A stretch of DNA of 64,000 nt. Source: Eledone cirrhosa (taxonomy: Eukaryota). The notes below the pieces were generated by a model. The model worked only from the letters and a program-made list of their open reading frames with translations. It made no database searches and had not been told where the DNA came from. The DNA lies in contig OZ024742.1 in the NCBI GenBank assembly GCA_964016885.1, forward strand, positions 326,678,001 to 326,742,000. The letters run 5' to 3'. Of this stretch, positions 11,811-25,849 are shown piece by piece; position 1 is the stretch's first letter, and every line of letters starts with the position of its first letter. A program made the position numbers and the translations under genes.

Positions 11811-14800
11811 ATGGCCGCACATGTGTGAAGACAGTACAAATCTGCGGGGGAAAAGGTTCGTAACTTTATGCTGTTTTAAAGTGTAATTTTTTGTATTTTC
11901 TTGTCGTTAACGAAACTTAAGGTACACATCTTGATTTAAAGAGAGGGATACCTCTCAATATTCGGGCTTTAAGCCCGAATATTGAGATTTATTTTTAAAA
12001 ACTTCGAAAAAAATCACTTCCCCACCAAAAGAAAATTATGGAAATTTTCGACCTTGAAACGGTAAACAACGTTCAGGTCAAAAGTTTAAAGGCAGCCACT
12101 GTAGATTTCACCACGACTACGACGGCTACAGTCATGCCTGTCATCCACTCTACTGAATGTGAAGGCAAAACTCAAAAGCTACCATCACAACCTTCTGCGA
12201 TAGCAGCAATATCATCTGAAAACAACATCACCACCACCGCCACCACCACCACAACAACAACAACAACTCAGAGCAATAACGACAATAACACCGACAGCTT
12301 CAATGTAAACACGGATGGCGGTGGCAACACCAATAACAACAGCAAGAATGACAACACCAACAATAAGAGCATCAGAAACACCACATTTGCTGCAGCAGCA
12401 GTAAAAACAAAGCGCTTATTGAATATTGATATTGATATTAGCGATAAAGACGAACAGTTGGCCAAAGCGTGGAGGCTAATTAAACGGGAGAAGTCCTGGG
12501 CAAACCTGACCATCCCGGACGAGGCAATAGCGGCCATGCAAAGGAGGACGGTGTTCTTTCGATGTATTTCGGTGCAGACACGAAAAGTGGAACTTGCGAG
12601 CCAAGCAGAAGTAGAGGCTGCTTTGGAGTACATCGGAAGTAACATAGAGTACAAAGCAAGAGGCAAACAGTTCGGTACCATCTCGGTACTGTTCAAAACC
12701 GAGGCCCTCGCTATTAAGCACTCGGTGACCCCCTGCAGAACGGAACGCATTATCATGCATCCGTCCTATATGGGTAAAAGGACAGTGAAGGTACGCATTC
12801 CCAGCATCCCACCAGGAATGAACATATGGTGGCTGCTGTGATGCGTAATCGAGGAGGGGACAGACACTACCTTCCTGGACATCAAAAGGACAGAGAAAGA
12901 GGACTGGTCCGGAATGGATTTGGAGATTCTTCTCCAAATGAAACCGGAGGATATGAATAACATCCCGGATTTTGCCCGCCTGCAGGACGGGACAACAATC
13001 CAACTAATGATTGACGGAAGAAGGCCACGCTGCTTTGTCTGCGGGGAAGCAACGCATCTTCAAGCCTTCTGCCCTCAGCGCAAAAATGCAGGGGGTCGCA
13101 AACCTCCTTTGTTGCCAACGCTCGCCAGTGTCAGCACGGAAAGTTGCACCACCACCACCACCACCAAAAACAACATCAACAAAAACACGGACACCAACAT
13201 CAAAAGCAGCCGGATCACCACCAACACCAAAACCAATCCAAGGAGAAAACGAGGAAAGCTCTTCCACTCCCCTCCCCCCAATTATACACATAGACAAAAC
13301 AATAAACGCACACACAGACACAGAGACACTCACAGACATAGACCCTTTGTCTTCCAGCAGCGAAAATGAAGGAAAACCCAAAAATGCAAAAAAAAACAGA
13401 AAACTCACAAAAAATAAGTCCCAACAAAACACAAAAACACACACAACAAAAAATACAGACACCACAAACGCAAACACTTCCCCAATAACATCATCACCAA
13501 CAGCAACATCGACACCACCTCCACAATCCCCGAAACGCAAACAACCTAAACAAACACAAGTACAAATAAACACACAAATACCTGAAATTGCAGACACCAC
13601 ACCTACAACAAACATAGACATACCTGAAACAACACTACCAAAACCATCGCCACCACCTTCACCAAAACGAAAACAAATAAAACCAACAAAATGTTAAAAA
13701 CTTCGTGCTTGTCAGAAGGGCCAACGATAAACTGATGGCCCTCTTAGCGCGAAGCGAGGACATTCAAACAGAGGGGGAGATTTTTGAAATGAGCACATTT
13801 TGCGTGCCAGAAGATTTGCTTCTGGTCCGAATGTCACTCAATTCCTTCAAAGAAATTCGAGAGAGCTTTCCTCAAGACGTGGGAACCCCGAATGTGAAAC
13901 CCACATCAAGACTTTTAAAGAGGTTCCCAAAAGAAACCCCACCAACCATGGAGGTCAAACCACCCGACCTTCACAAGACCCGGGAGGTAAGTAAACCTTC
14001 CCTCTCTCTCTCTTAGCTTACCAATATGGCCATATTAAGAGTAGGAAGTTTAAATGTTCGCGGCCTGGGGTCACCCTGGAAGCAGGGTCGCCTGCTCAAC
14101 GACCTCCGGTCGCTGGAAATGGATGTGATTGCCGTAAGCGAGACCAGAATTTCCGACACGCGCGCACTAGACCCCATTTTCGACGACTATCAGATCTTCG
14201 CATCTGTTAGCAGGCCGGGAATGGGGGTGGAGTGGCAGTGCTGTTTAGGAAAGGACTGGATCTCGAGGTAAGGTCGATCTTCCGGGATCCGGACGGTAAG
14301 TTGGTGGTCTTGGATGTGAGCAGTAGCGAAGGTGGTGCCTTTAGACTGCTGGCCGTCTACGCCCCTACAGGGGCCGGACGACCTGACTTCTTTAGGCGCC
14401 TGGAGACCTTTCTGGGTACGTCTCGCCCTTTACTGTTAGCGGGGGACTGGAATGGCATCTTAGACGCACGCTAGGATTGTGTGGGAGTAGCCGATAGGAG
14501 CGGGGGGTGCAAAAGCCTCAAGCACTACTCAGCCAGTTCCAACTGTCTGACAGGTATCGACTAGATTTCCCCAATGTGCCAGTATGGACATGGACCAACC
14601 GAATGGGTCATCTAGATCGTATATAGACAGGATCTTCATTAGGAAAATAGATAGAAATAGTGTGGGCTGTCCACTTTTTAAAACGGTCGCCTATTCAGAT
14701 CACAAATTTGTAATCTGTACGGTCGACCTAAATAAAACGCGTAGGTTAGACCGGGTTACTGGAAGCTGAACATGTCATTTTCGGCACGTAAGGCTTACAG

Positions 14801-17670
14801 GGACCGAGTCAACAATTTAGTTAAGCAAAAGTTGACAGAGGGGATCATCAACAACAGATGGTGGGTGGCTCTCCAAAGAGAGATTAGAGTAACTTCGATA
14901 GAGTTCAGCAAAGAACTAGCGTTAGAGAAAAATAGAAAGGAGAGGGAGCTGGTAGATAAGTTAGACGAGGCTATTTGTAGTGGCATCGCAACTGACGTGC
15001 TAGCGGCGAGAATGGCATTAGACCATTTCTTCAATGCCAAACACGAAGGTTGCATTGTCAGAGCTAAGGCGCGTGCGCTGAGAAACGAGGGAACTAAAGC
15101 TGTTCGATGGGCCCGCGTGGCGGAGGCGCAGCGTGGTAATAAAACCACAATTCGGTCTTTGGCGGACCGAGACGGACACGAGATAAGCGATTCCAAGCGG
15201 ATGTGTGAGGCCTTTCGCCAACACTTTGCTCGGTTGTTCAGAGAGAGTGGCGAGTCAGAGAGAGTAGCGGATTTCAGTCCCTACCTTGACGGCTTGCCGC
15301 GCATCTCGACGGTCGACGCTGAGCGCTGCGAAAGGCCGATTACTTCAGCCGAAATTCAGGACGCCCTTGTCGGCTGCATGAAGCGCAAGTCACCCGGTTT
15401 GGATGGCGTGCTCTACGAGCTTTACGTAAATATGCCAGACTTGTTCTCCGACTGCAACTGGCAGTAGAATAGGAGTATTCCCAGTTCTGTGAGCAGGGGA
15501 GTGGTGACGCTGATAAGGAAAGACGAGAACAAGAGGGATACATTAGACAACTTCAGGCCCATAACTCTGCTCAACACAGAGTTTAAGATTTTGGCCAAGG
15601 TGTTAGCAAAGATATTGGTGCTTGTCGTCGAGGATTTGTTTGGGGAGGCGCAAACTTGCGCAATCCCAGCCAGGTCCATACACGACAATCTCCGCCTCAT
15701 GCGATACATCATAGAGAGGCTAGGGTGTAAACCTGGCTTCGGTGGGGCACTGATCAATTTAGATCAATCGAAAGCATTCGATAGGGTCGACCATCGGTAT
15801 CTGGAGTTTGTCCTCAAAGCAGCTGGCTTCGGCCCCGTCTTTAGAAGCTGGATCGTTGCAATGCACAGCGACACATGCTCGGTGGTCAAGGTTAATGGCC
15901 ACCTCTCGGAACCATTTCGGCTCTCCCTATCGGTCCGTCAAGGGTGCCCTCTCTCTTCCCTTCTGTACGTATTGACTCTCGAGCCTTTACTGCGGAAGCT
16001 GGAGCTGTTGCAGGGCATCCCGCTCGAACCGGGACGTGGAAAGGCGGTGTCGGCTTATGCGGACGACATCACCGTGATGGTGTCGAACACCTCAGAAATC
16101 GAGGTGGTCAGCACCTTATTGAAGGAATATGAAAGGTTGACAGGAGCCAAACTTAACCCGGAAAAGTCGGTGGGCTTGCAGCTCGGAACCTGGAGAGGCA
16201 AGCCCATGCCATCCAACAGCGTCGTGGGGCGCTGGACGGACGGACCAGTAAAGTTGCTCGGGGTTTGGTTCGGACCAGACCTCCAGGTGGAAAAGAATTG
16301 GGACGAGGTAACGAGCAGAGTAGCCAGTCTCACCCAAAAATGGGCTGGGAGGAAGCTATCACTGAAAGGTCGCGCGAAGTGGCGAATGCGTATATCGCGT
16401 CCGTCATCTACTACCGCCTGACCGTCGTGCCTTGCCCCTGTCCGTGCCTCGTCAAGCTGGAACGGCTCCTCTTCAAATTCTTGTGGAGAGGACAAGTTCC
16501 GTTGGTGAGGCGGTCCATCTGCTGCCAGCACCCTCTACGCGGAGGGCTGGGCATGCCGTGGATAATGATGCGCAAACATGCGTTGAGGCTGCGACATCTC
16601 CAGATATTCTGCCTTAACGGTGAACAGGTGTGGTCGCCGTTTATCAGACGGGCCTTTCCGCAGCTCATTTCTTTGACTGAGCTGCAGTCCTGGGTCAAGA
16701 AGAGACCGAGACTGGGTGACTGGCACCTGGAATGTTGCCAGGCACTCACTGCCCTCTACCAAGCGGGCAATGCGATCAGTGGAACTTCCACTCTCGAGTT
16801 CTATAGAGGATTAGTGGTGGGCAAGTGCGATGACGCACTCGGAGAAGCTTTGGGCCTCGACGAAGTCGAACTGACCAGTCTGTACCGGAGGACTTTTGAG
16901 CCGGGGACGATGGACAATTTCCAGAAATCCTTCGCTTGGCAGTGCTACCGGGGGGCACTGCCGGTTCGGGATAAACTCTACAGGCACGGAAGTGCCGTCA
17001 GACGGACCTGCACGCACTTGTCCAATGTCCGTGCATTACTGACTTGTGGAGTTATGTCGAACAGCTACTGTCGCGTGTGGAACGAATCCGGCTATCGGCC
17101 GAGTCCATAGTGAAGATCGAGCCGCCACCTTCCTTAGGTCAGGAAGAGCAGGACATTTTCCTCTGTCTGGTGGCAGTTGCGAAAGAGATGATATGGTGGA
17201 CCAGGTTGAAAGGACTAAAGACAGACACTTTTCTCTTCGGCCAATCCCTCATCAACTTCTTCAAGTTTCACCTGGAAAGGAGGGTGAGGGTGGAGAGAGA
17301 AGTGCTGCCCCCCAGTACATTTGCTAAAAGGTGGGTGAATGTGGCGAGAATGGCTCGTGTGAATGGGCCTACTCTGACCAAGCGCCTATAGGCTAGCTAA
17401 CTTGAGGAGAGGGGTGCTCTCCCTGGGTGCCCTAAAAGCGCAGGGTGGTTCAGGATTGGTGGGATACCTGAATCACCCCAGGGTCGTCCACCCCCTATAG
17501 GGGAATTTATTTTGTTATATTTATGCATAGTTTATTTTATATTTTTATATCTTCATTGTTAAATTAGTCTTGCCATTGTGCACTTTTACTCGACCTTATT
17601 GTAAACCCCCACTGTCCCTGTCTTTGTATTGTCCCCTACATGTCGGCCCTGGTGGCTAATAAATGAAATC
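11811..17670 (+). mobile_element. Near full-length L1/Tx1-type non-LTR retrotransposon, frameshifted
   Basis: ORF1 remnants 12038-14016 with CCHC knuckle CFVCGEATHLQAFC. ORF2 remnants 14026-17391 with APE endonuclease (SLNVRGL, VSET, AVYAP, GDWN, SDH) and RT (FRPITLLN, DQSKAFD, VRQGCPLS, AYADD). AATAAA at 17658. Confidence 0.93.
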
Positions 17671-18867
17671 GTTATTATTGTTGTTATTATCGTTGTTGTT
17701 ACTGTTGTTATTATTGTTGTTATTATCGTTGTTATTATTGTTGTTATTATCGTTGTTATTATCGTTGTTATTATCGTTGTTATTATCGTTGTTATTATCG
17801 TTGTTATTATCGTTGTTATTATCGTTGTTATTATTGTTGTTATTATCGTTGTTATTATCGTTGTTATTATCGTTGTTATTATCGTTGTTATTATTGTTGT
17901 TATTATTGTTGTTATTATCGTTGTTATTATCGTTGTTATTATCGTTGTTATTATTGTTGTTATTATTGTTGTTATTATCGTTGTTATTATTGTTGTTATT
18001 ATCGTTGTTATTATCGTTGTTATTATCGTTGTTATTATCGTTGTTATTATCGTTGTTATTATCGTTGTTATTATCGTTGTTATTATTGTTGTTATTATCG
18101 TTGTTATTATCGTTGTTATTATTGTTGTTATTATCGTTGTTATTATCGTTGTTATTATCGTTGTTATTATCGTTGTTATTATTGTTGTTATTATTGTTGT
18201 TATTATCGTTGTTATTATCGTTGTTATTATTGTTGTTATTATCGTTGTTATTATCGTTGTTATTATCGTTGTTATTATTGTTGTTATTATCGTTGTTATT
18301 ATCGTTGTTATTATCGTTGTTATTATCGTTGTTATTATCGTTGTTATTATTGTTGTTATTATCGTTGTTATTATCGTTGTTATTATTGTTGTTATTATCG
18401 TTGTTATTATCGTTGTTATTATTGTTGTTATTATCGTTGTTATTATCGTTGTTATTATTGTTGTTATTATCGTTGTTATTATCGTTGTTATTATCGTTGT
18501 TATTATTGTTGTTATTATCGTTGTTATTATCGTTGTTATTATCATGGTTATCATTGTTGTTATTATTGTTGTTATTATTGTTGTTATTACTGTTGTTATT
18601 ATCGTTGTTATTATTGTTGTTATTATCGTTGTTATTATCGTTGTTATTATTGTTGTTATTATCGTTGTTATTATCGTTGTTATTATTGTTGTTATTATCG
18701 TTGTTATTATCGTTGTTATTATCGTTGTTATTATTGTTGTTATTATCGTTGTTATTATCGTTGTTATTATCATGGTTATCATTGTTGTTATTATTGTTGT
18801 TATTATTGTTGTTATTACTGTTGTTATTATCGTTGTTATTATTGTTGTTATTATAGTTGTTGTTGTT
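17668..18867. repeat. 12-bp minisatellite (GTTGTTATTATY)n, ~100 units
   Basis: Directly visible. The variant catggttatc recurs at 18543 and 18771, 228 bp (19 units) apart. Confidence 0.97.
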
Positions 18868-18879
18868 GGTCTCTTTCAG

Positions 18880-19029
18880 AATCCAACCATTGTTTGGATC
18901 CGAGGTACAACTACTGCAGCCAGCACGCCATCTGTACCCATTCCATGAAATCATTTGTCTGCAAGTGTAAACCACGTTACGATGACATATCACCTGACGT
19001 CATACGGGCTCCCGGAGAGATTTGCACAC
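18880..19029 (+). CDS. Host gene exon B: EGF-like domain
   Basis: ctctttcag|...|gtaagt, 150 nt, phase 1 to 1. Translates (E)SNHCLDPRYNYCSQHAICTHSMKSFVCKCKPRYDDISPDVIRAPGEICT, with six Cys in EGF spacing and a YxDxSP...PGxxC insert. Confidence 0.88.
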
Positions 19030-19079
19030 GTAAGTGAACAGCCTCACCTAGTCGTACAACTATTTGGATTGGATTTGAA

Positions 19080-19405
19080 CTACTACTATTGCTACTGCTA
19101 CTACTACTACTAATTACTAATATCACTAATTACTACTACTACTACTAATAATAATAATAATAATAATAATAATTACTACTACTATTATTACTATTGCTAC
19201 TACTACTACTACTACTACTACTGCGGCTGCTACTGCTGCTGCTTCTATTACTACTACAACAATAACTACTTCTACTATTGCTACTCTAACACTACTACTA
19301 TTATTGCTACTCTACTACTACTACTACTATTGCTGCTGCTGCTACTACTACTATTGGTATTGCGACTCTACTACAAATACTACTATAACTATTACTACGA
19401 CAACA
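19080..19405. repeat. (CTA/TAA/CTG)n compound microsatellite
   Basis: Directly visible; forms the tail of the adjacent minus-strand SINE. Confidence 0.9.
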
Positions 19406-19409
19406 AATA

Positions 19410-19620
19410 ATTATTTCTACTTTAAGCACAAGGCCAGCAATTTGAAGGGGAGGTGAAAATCGATTAAATCAACCCCAGTGCATTACTGGTACTTTATTTT
19501 ATCGTTCCCGTAATGGTGAAAGGCAAAGCTAACCTCGGAGGGATTTGAACTCAGAACGTAGAGGGCTGTAACTCTATGCTGCGGAGCATGGTGTCCGATG
19601 CTCTACCGATACTGCCAATC
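19410..19620 (-). mobile_element. SINE family A
   Basis: Matches the family consensus on the minus strand. Confidence 0.8.
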
Positions 19621-19884
19621 TTTTATCCAATGTATCCTTTCCTAAATCAAGACAGTTTAGTTGATTTGAAAATGGAAATGACTGCTATTTCTAGCAGGTC
19701 GAAGACTGGTCATCATGATTGTGGAAACACAGTTCAGTTGTAGTTGTATAGATTATAATATTGTCTTCATTTGTTTCAAAATATCATAACTAAATCATAA
19801 ATAGTCACTCGTCCTTCTAGGAAGCTCAGTCAAATCTCCAACGCTTATTTACCAGTATTCTGTTCTTTTAAAGTTGGTTCAGGA

Positions 19885-20671
19885 CAAAGGTTCTCAAACA
19901 TTTTGGGCCACCGCCCTCCTCATAGTTACGTAATACCCTCAGCGCGCCCCTACTCCTATTTCCAGAGACCTGCCTACACGTAAATTGTAGATAATTGTTT
20001 CTACTTTTGGCACAAGGCCAGCAATTATCCCAGTGTATTACTGGTACTTTATTTTATCGACCCCGTAAGGATGAAAGGCAAAGTTAACCTCGGCAGGATT
20101 TGAACTCAGAATGGAAAGGGCCGTAACTCTATGCGTCAAAGCATGGTGCCCGACTCTCTACCGATACTGCCAATAAGCATGAGTAGTGTGATGAAACCAA
20201 AGTATATTAGTAAACCGTTTCAGCATGTGAAAGAATTATAGTTATAATTGTTTCTACTTTTGGCACAAGGCCAGAAATTGTCTCAGTGTATTACTGGTAC
20301 TTTATTTTATCGACCCCGTAAGGATAAAAGGCAAAGTTAACCTCGGCGGGATTTGAACTCAGACTGTAAAAGGATGTAATTCTATACTACAAAGCATGGC
20401 GTCCAACCCTCTACCGATACTGCCAATCCACAATATATATTAAATAAAATCGTTAATTTATATATAATATATATATAAATAAATAATATAATATATACTA
20501 TGTATAAATGAATATTATATATTTTTATTTTACTAGATTTTTGTATAATATATCTCATTTGATATTCAATATACTATCATATTATCTCTATCATCCCCTT
20601 AAGGCCCCAGTGCCCCCTCCTGGACCTTTTCACCACCACCTGGGGCGGAGCTCCCACTTTGAGAACCACTG
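19885..20671. mobile_element. hAT (Charlie-like) MITE containing two nested SINE A copies (19990-20175, 20244-20432, minus)
   Basis: TIRs caaaggttctcaaa / tttgagaaccactg, flanks gttcagga / gtttaggg. Homologous to 54257-54845. Confidence 0.8.
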
Positions 20672-21139
20672 GTTTAGGGTTTTAATTTGTAAAATTCCTC
20701 TAAATATTTCAAAATCATTTACTGCTTGTAGTTATTTTACGTGTTTGAAATGTTGAAGTAGAATGTCCCATCCTGAGGTCCCACAGGTGACAAATAAGTG
20801 AATATGTTTGAAGATGGGGAGAGGAAGTAGTTACCAGCTTCAACGCTGGTTTTCTACTATGTTAAAATTGCCTAACAAATTGGACATATAAACCTCTCGA
20901 GATGGTTTCAAGTGGACAGCATCCCCTGTGAGACACGAACTCACAATTATCGCATATCGGAAGACCGATATACTGCAGGCTTCAGTTAGAATCCCACAAG
21001 TAACGCTTTGCATATTTTACCATCTCTGTGGGCTTATATCCCCAACGTGTTTGACTATTTAACCTGCGTTGACGTTGTTAACCTTAGGATAACATACATT
21101 CAAAATTAATAATCTGCTCAACTTCTTCTTCACCCACTT

Positions 21140-21430
21140 ATTCCTGAGAGGGTTATGAAGGCAGAGTCCTCAAACCCTGCTTCCAGTGCGTCCTGTCAGA
21201 AGCAACCGTCTCCAACTGATCGGGCTGGATCCCCAAGCGAGACCAGCCAAGCTCCTGGATGTTATCCAACCATCTTACTCGGTGTCTATCTCTGGGTCTC
21301 ATGCCGGTTGGTTTTGCCAGTAAAATATGTCCAGCGATTTTTTCCTGAGACATTCTAACCACATGTCCAATTCGGAGAAGTAGCGGCTCAACCTGGAATG
21401 ACTCTCTGATTTCCAAGCTACACACTTTAA
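21140..21430 (-). mobile_element. RTE-clade LINE 3' fragment
   Basis: EIRESFQVEPLLLRI..GHVVRM..PTGMRPRDRHRVRWLD. Confidence 0.75.
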
Positions 21431-22453
21431 TCTGCTCAACGGTTCTTAAAATATGATTATTTATTTAGCTACAGACTGATAGATAAGGCTTAAATAACAG
21501 AAAAAGAATTTTCAGTCTGTTTTTGGTGTAGTCTGTAGCATAGTCGTCCGGAAATGTTGAAATATTGAATTCGTCTACCTCCGTTCTTTGACATAACAGC
21601 AAATGTACCATTGATTAAACAATAACTCATAGAAACAGGAGTTACCTTGATAAGAATTTAATCGTTTTGGAAGTTGCCAGAATCCATAATGCCTTGGGAT
21701 TTATATTCTACCTTTTATTATTAGATGATGTAATACAATAGAAGCTCAAACTTACTCTTCCCCGTTTAAGTGAAGTGAGATTCATTGAATATAGTTGTTC
21801 TGCTCAAAACCAAAAAATAAAACGTAGAAAAACAGGGTTCCTGTATACATTTGAATACACGTATTATGGGATGAACTAACACTCCCGGTAATTTATCTTG
21901 TCAGTTATTTTCTACTTCTCCATGAAGAATGATCTATGGAAAGCAAGATAATAAACACAACCTACTTAATCTGAATTTCTAAAAGAAATCCTTGTGTATC
22001 TCGAACAATAGAAATATTTCAAAGACATTTTTTTTTTTTTTTTTTTAAATTTCAATAGCTTTTGACTCCTTTCGTTTCCTGCAGATGGTGTGTTTTTTAT
22101 TGTTGTTATTGTCATTACTGTTGCTGTTGTTGTTGTTGTCGTAGTAGTTGTGTTGGTGGTGTTGGTGAAGGTGTCGTCGTCATCATCGTCGTCGTTGTTG
22201 TTGTTGAATTTCAATGAATTGACATTATTTCTTAGAAACCGCTTTCTGGCGATTCAGTAGTATTTTTTATGTATATTATAATGTAAAAGAAAGTAATTTC
22301 AAGCATACACCGAAACTTCGTATAAATGGTTGATGTTCTCAAAACATATCCAACAAAAGGAGCCTTGTCACTTAGTTAGAGACCGGTTTATTTAATATCC
22401 GATGAAAAGGTATTCACGTAAATAGATTTTATATATATATAACCTGTGTGTGT

Positions 22454-22536
<83 letters not shown>

Positions 22537-23293
22537 GAAGAATAGATGGATAGATAGATAGACATTCTCGTAGGTAGAGAGGCATATACAATGTTTATGC
22601 CTAATAAACCGACACAAGTTTCGCGCTCTCTCTCCTTCTCTCTCTCCACCTCACTCTCCCCCACCTCCTCCACCTATCTCTTTCTCTCTGTATAAACACA
22701 ATCAAATGCATAAATAAACAAACATAAGTAAATCTAGATCAATGGTGATTCACTTAGCATATATTTCTCAGCCAATAACAATCTATGTAAATCTCTCTGT
22801 ACTCTAGTGTATATCTTGTGTATATCTTCCAATGTTATTCTCTTGTGAATATCTTTACGCGTCTTTTTCTCTACCTGTGGAAGTTTTATATATAAAAAGA
22901 CATATCAATGTATTCCATCCATATGATAAATTATAAAAGCATATGATGATATGAGAGTATGTATTTTGTGTTAAGATAGTTTCAACATTTACTGAACTTC
23001 AACAGTTTTTATATTTCTCTATTTAAACATTAATATTTTATTTACTTCATACCTAACACACTATCCCTAGATTGATCAATTTTTTTTCAGAAAATCTAGA
23101 TGGGTTTTTATATCTTAAACATCTCCATTTATCATAAATGTATATATTATTTGTGTCTTTGTTGTTCTTTCGGTGCACATATGTATCTTTCAATGCATTT
23201 ACATAAAACACTTTAAAAAAAAAAAAAGTCCATCTTCTTTGTAAGATTTTGACAGTGACAGACACTTAATTTTAGTGATTTATTATAATCTTA

Positions 23294-23650
23294 CGAGCAG
23301 CTTTACCCGGCCTTTCCTCGGTCTATAAAAGTATCAGAAAAAATCACATAACCTATAACTTGTGAATTAATGGATATTGATTTAGCTATCATTGATTTAG
23401 CTATCAATTTATCATAATTTTGCTTAAATTCAGGATGTTGTGAGAGAAATTACTTCTCTGGAAATCTGCGGGAACCATTTCGTTACCTGTTACCCGGCCT
23501 TTCCTCGGTCTATAAAAGTATCAGAAAAGTCGCATAATCTATAACTTGTGAACTAATGGATATTTTCTGTTTGATCAATTTATCATAATATTTCTTAAAT
23601 CCAGGATATTGTGAAAGAAATTACTTCGATGGAAAATCTGAGGGAGCCAT
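23294..23650. repeat. ~185 bp tandem duplication with a Helitron-end-like motif
   Basis: ttacccggcctttcctcggtctataaaagtatcagaaaa... occurs at ~23304 and ~23490. Confidence 0.65.
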
Positions 23651-24056
23651 TACAATAGATTGTATCTGTTATTGAGTGTTAACACCAGAATTATTTCTAG
23701 TCTTGCAAAAATATAATTTTATGGTTATACCCCTACGGATAGATTTCCAAAGGAGAGCTATGGTTTAAACTTAGCTGGTTTCCATTGGTTTATTATATGA
23801 TATCAGAACTATACTTACGTCAGTGGGATTGTTTACATATATATATATACAAAGGGCGGAGGAACTCAGCAGAGTCAACGGCCATCCAAATGATATTTTT
23901 TTTTTTTTAGTATATATATATTTTTTTTTTTTTTTTGTGAGGGCTGACGTATTTTCCATGGCAAACATTTGCACCGAAGATATGTGTCGTCACTTCCAAA
24001 AATCACTATAAATAATAGTTAAGAAAATTAGGTAAAGTACCTCTAGACATGGAAAG

Positions 24057-24130
24057 AGGCGCATACCAGAAGTTGAACCCCACATCTCTCGGATGCCGGG
24101 CGATGCACAATCCACTACGCTACACAGCGC
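24057..24130 (-). pseudogene. tRNA-like sequence (pseudo-tRNA or SINE head)
   Basis: Reverse strand has A-box tagcgtagtgg and B-box ggttcaacttc, but the stems are imperfect. Confidence 0.4.
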
Positions 24131-24469
24131 ATTTAGAAGATTTTAGTCTGTAGCTAGAAGTTTTGACATCGGTTTACTTAAGAAGTATAGGGAAAATTTG
24201 AAATTTGAAATGTGTGTCTCCCGACGCAAATGGGTATACAAAGGAAAGTCGACCTCTGTAAATAATATTTGAAAAGATTTGGTAAAATACCCCTGTAAAA
24301 TAAATATATCACCGAGGTTAATATCACTCAATACCCCGATTAAATCCTACCTCTCGTAGGTGTTGCAATTGGTTTACAAAATTAATTAAGTGCCATACGA
24401 TAAAACATCTCAATTTATTACTTCTAGGATTAGTAGGTTGCCTCTAAGTTTTATAGCAACCATAATTAC

Positions 24470-24790
24470 TTTAGAGCAAAAGACCTCATGCGTATTTGGA
24501 ACTCGTAATGCCGAGCTCCTCTGCAAGATCGAAACGTCAGCAGCCCGTCTGAGGAAGGAGCCCCGCGGAGTCGGGTGGCTGTTGCAGCGGGTATCGCTGG
24601 CCATTGTCTGCGGGAATTCCTTTGCGGTCTTGTCCGCGGGGCACAGCCCCAACACCACTGCGCCCTAAGCAAAGAGTCCATCGCCCTCCCCCTTCCTTCT
24701 CTTATTCTTCTGTGACCCTAGAGCCCTTTCTTTTCCCTCCCTTTTCCGTTTTCATACCCATAAAAGATACTTGCGTTTTTTACAATAAAA
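24470..24790 (+). mobile_element. CRE-like (restriction-like endonuclease) retrotransposon 3' end
   Basis: KEPRGVGWLLQRVSLAIVCGNSFAVLSAG resembles the QRxSLAIxRGN C-terminus. AATAAA at ~24784. Confidence 0.65.
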
Positions 24791-25117
24791 CATTTATTGT
24801 TTTTATACATATATTTAATTCAATATCTCTATGACATGCTATGTAATTTTAATCTTAAATTGTTTTTATGTTTGACTTTTGTGCAAAATATTTGTATTTC
24901 AATGAAGATTGTTCTTCTTATGTATGTTAAGGATGTTTTTTTATGAGAAAACCTTTGCCTGTCACTGCATATATGTTCATGGAGAACCTTTCACTAGCCT
25001 TACTCTTCTTCCACCTTACACAAAATACTCCCACAGTCCTTGCGGTTGGCGTTGCATTGATTTCTCCGTCAGTGCTTTTATATCATTGTTAAATTAATCA
25101 ATAATGTTTCTCTTGAG

Positions 25118-25310
25118 TGTGGGATTGGCAGGAACGTTAGAATGTCGGACAAAATGCAATGCAGTATTTAGTTATGACCCTTTAGATTCTAAATTCAAAT
25201 CCCACTGGAGTCGATAAAATAAGTTCCAGTTAAGTACTGGGATCGATATAATCGATATTCCCCTTCCCCACAAATCTCTGGTCATGTGTCTATCTTAGAA
25301 ATCAATATTG
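25118..25310 (+). mobile_element. SINE family A (diverged)
   Basis: ttcaaatccc...gtcgataaaataagttccagttaagtactgggatcgat. Confidence 0.65.
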
Positions 25311-25655
25311 TTTTGTATAATGAACTAGTTAACTTTATTTCTTTTGTTATTATAAAACAAATGAGAGCTTTACTTCTGCAGTGTAATGCCACACTTCAGA
25401 AACAACAAGAAGATCTCTACTTAGTTGATTGAGTTGCTATATATAGCAGTTAATTCTCCCTCAATTCACACATTACTCCCTTAAGAAAGGGAATCATTAC
25501 ATAAGATAAATTGCCTAAGAAGACATACATTTAAAGAGATGAGATGACCATGGTTCGAACACCTTGGTCGTATGTGCTCCATCAGGATTGACCTGTCATT
25601 GAACAACAACGTTTCCAAAAAGAATATTTAGTATCCTTCAAATAGATTACACTTC

Positions 25656-25849
25656 CAGACCTGTCAACGTTCCCCATCTGACGGGGAGATATTCATCCCA
25701 CTCTGGGGTGTCAGAGAGATATCTCCTTTGTGAGAATGGGTATAGCTTTCATTACGTAAAATCTCCCCATTTTTGCCTCATTTCTTCCCTTTTTGGGGTC
25801 CCTTTTTCATGGTACTCTCCGTTTATGTTTTTAGAGGTTGGGAGATCTG
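25656..25849. mobile_element. hAT-like MITE (CAGACCTG.CAAC TIR)
   Basis: cagacctgtcaac ... gttgggagatctg, with a second copy at 47470-47640. Confidence 0.65.

Noticed and set aside
17668-18867. CRISPR-like or information-coding array (C/T binary pattern)
   Set aside because: There are no unique spacers, and the C/T pattern fits slippage and CpG decay in a minisatellite.
17586-18993. Long 397-445 aa ORFs over the 12-mer array
   Set aside because: Stop-free frames arise from the repeat itself. The real coding segment is the EGF exon at 18880-19029 in another frame.
22085-22200. Possible transmembrane exon after tttcctgcag
   Set aside because: The hydrophobic translation comes from a GTT microsatellite, there is no clear donor, and it would interrupt the EGF-EGF order.
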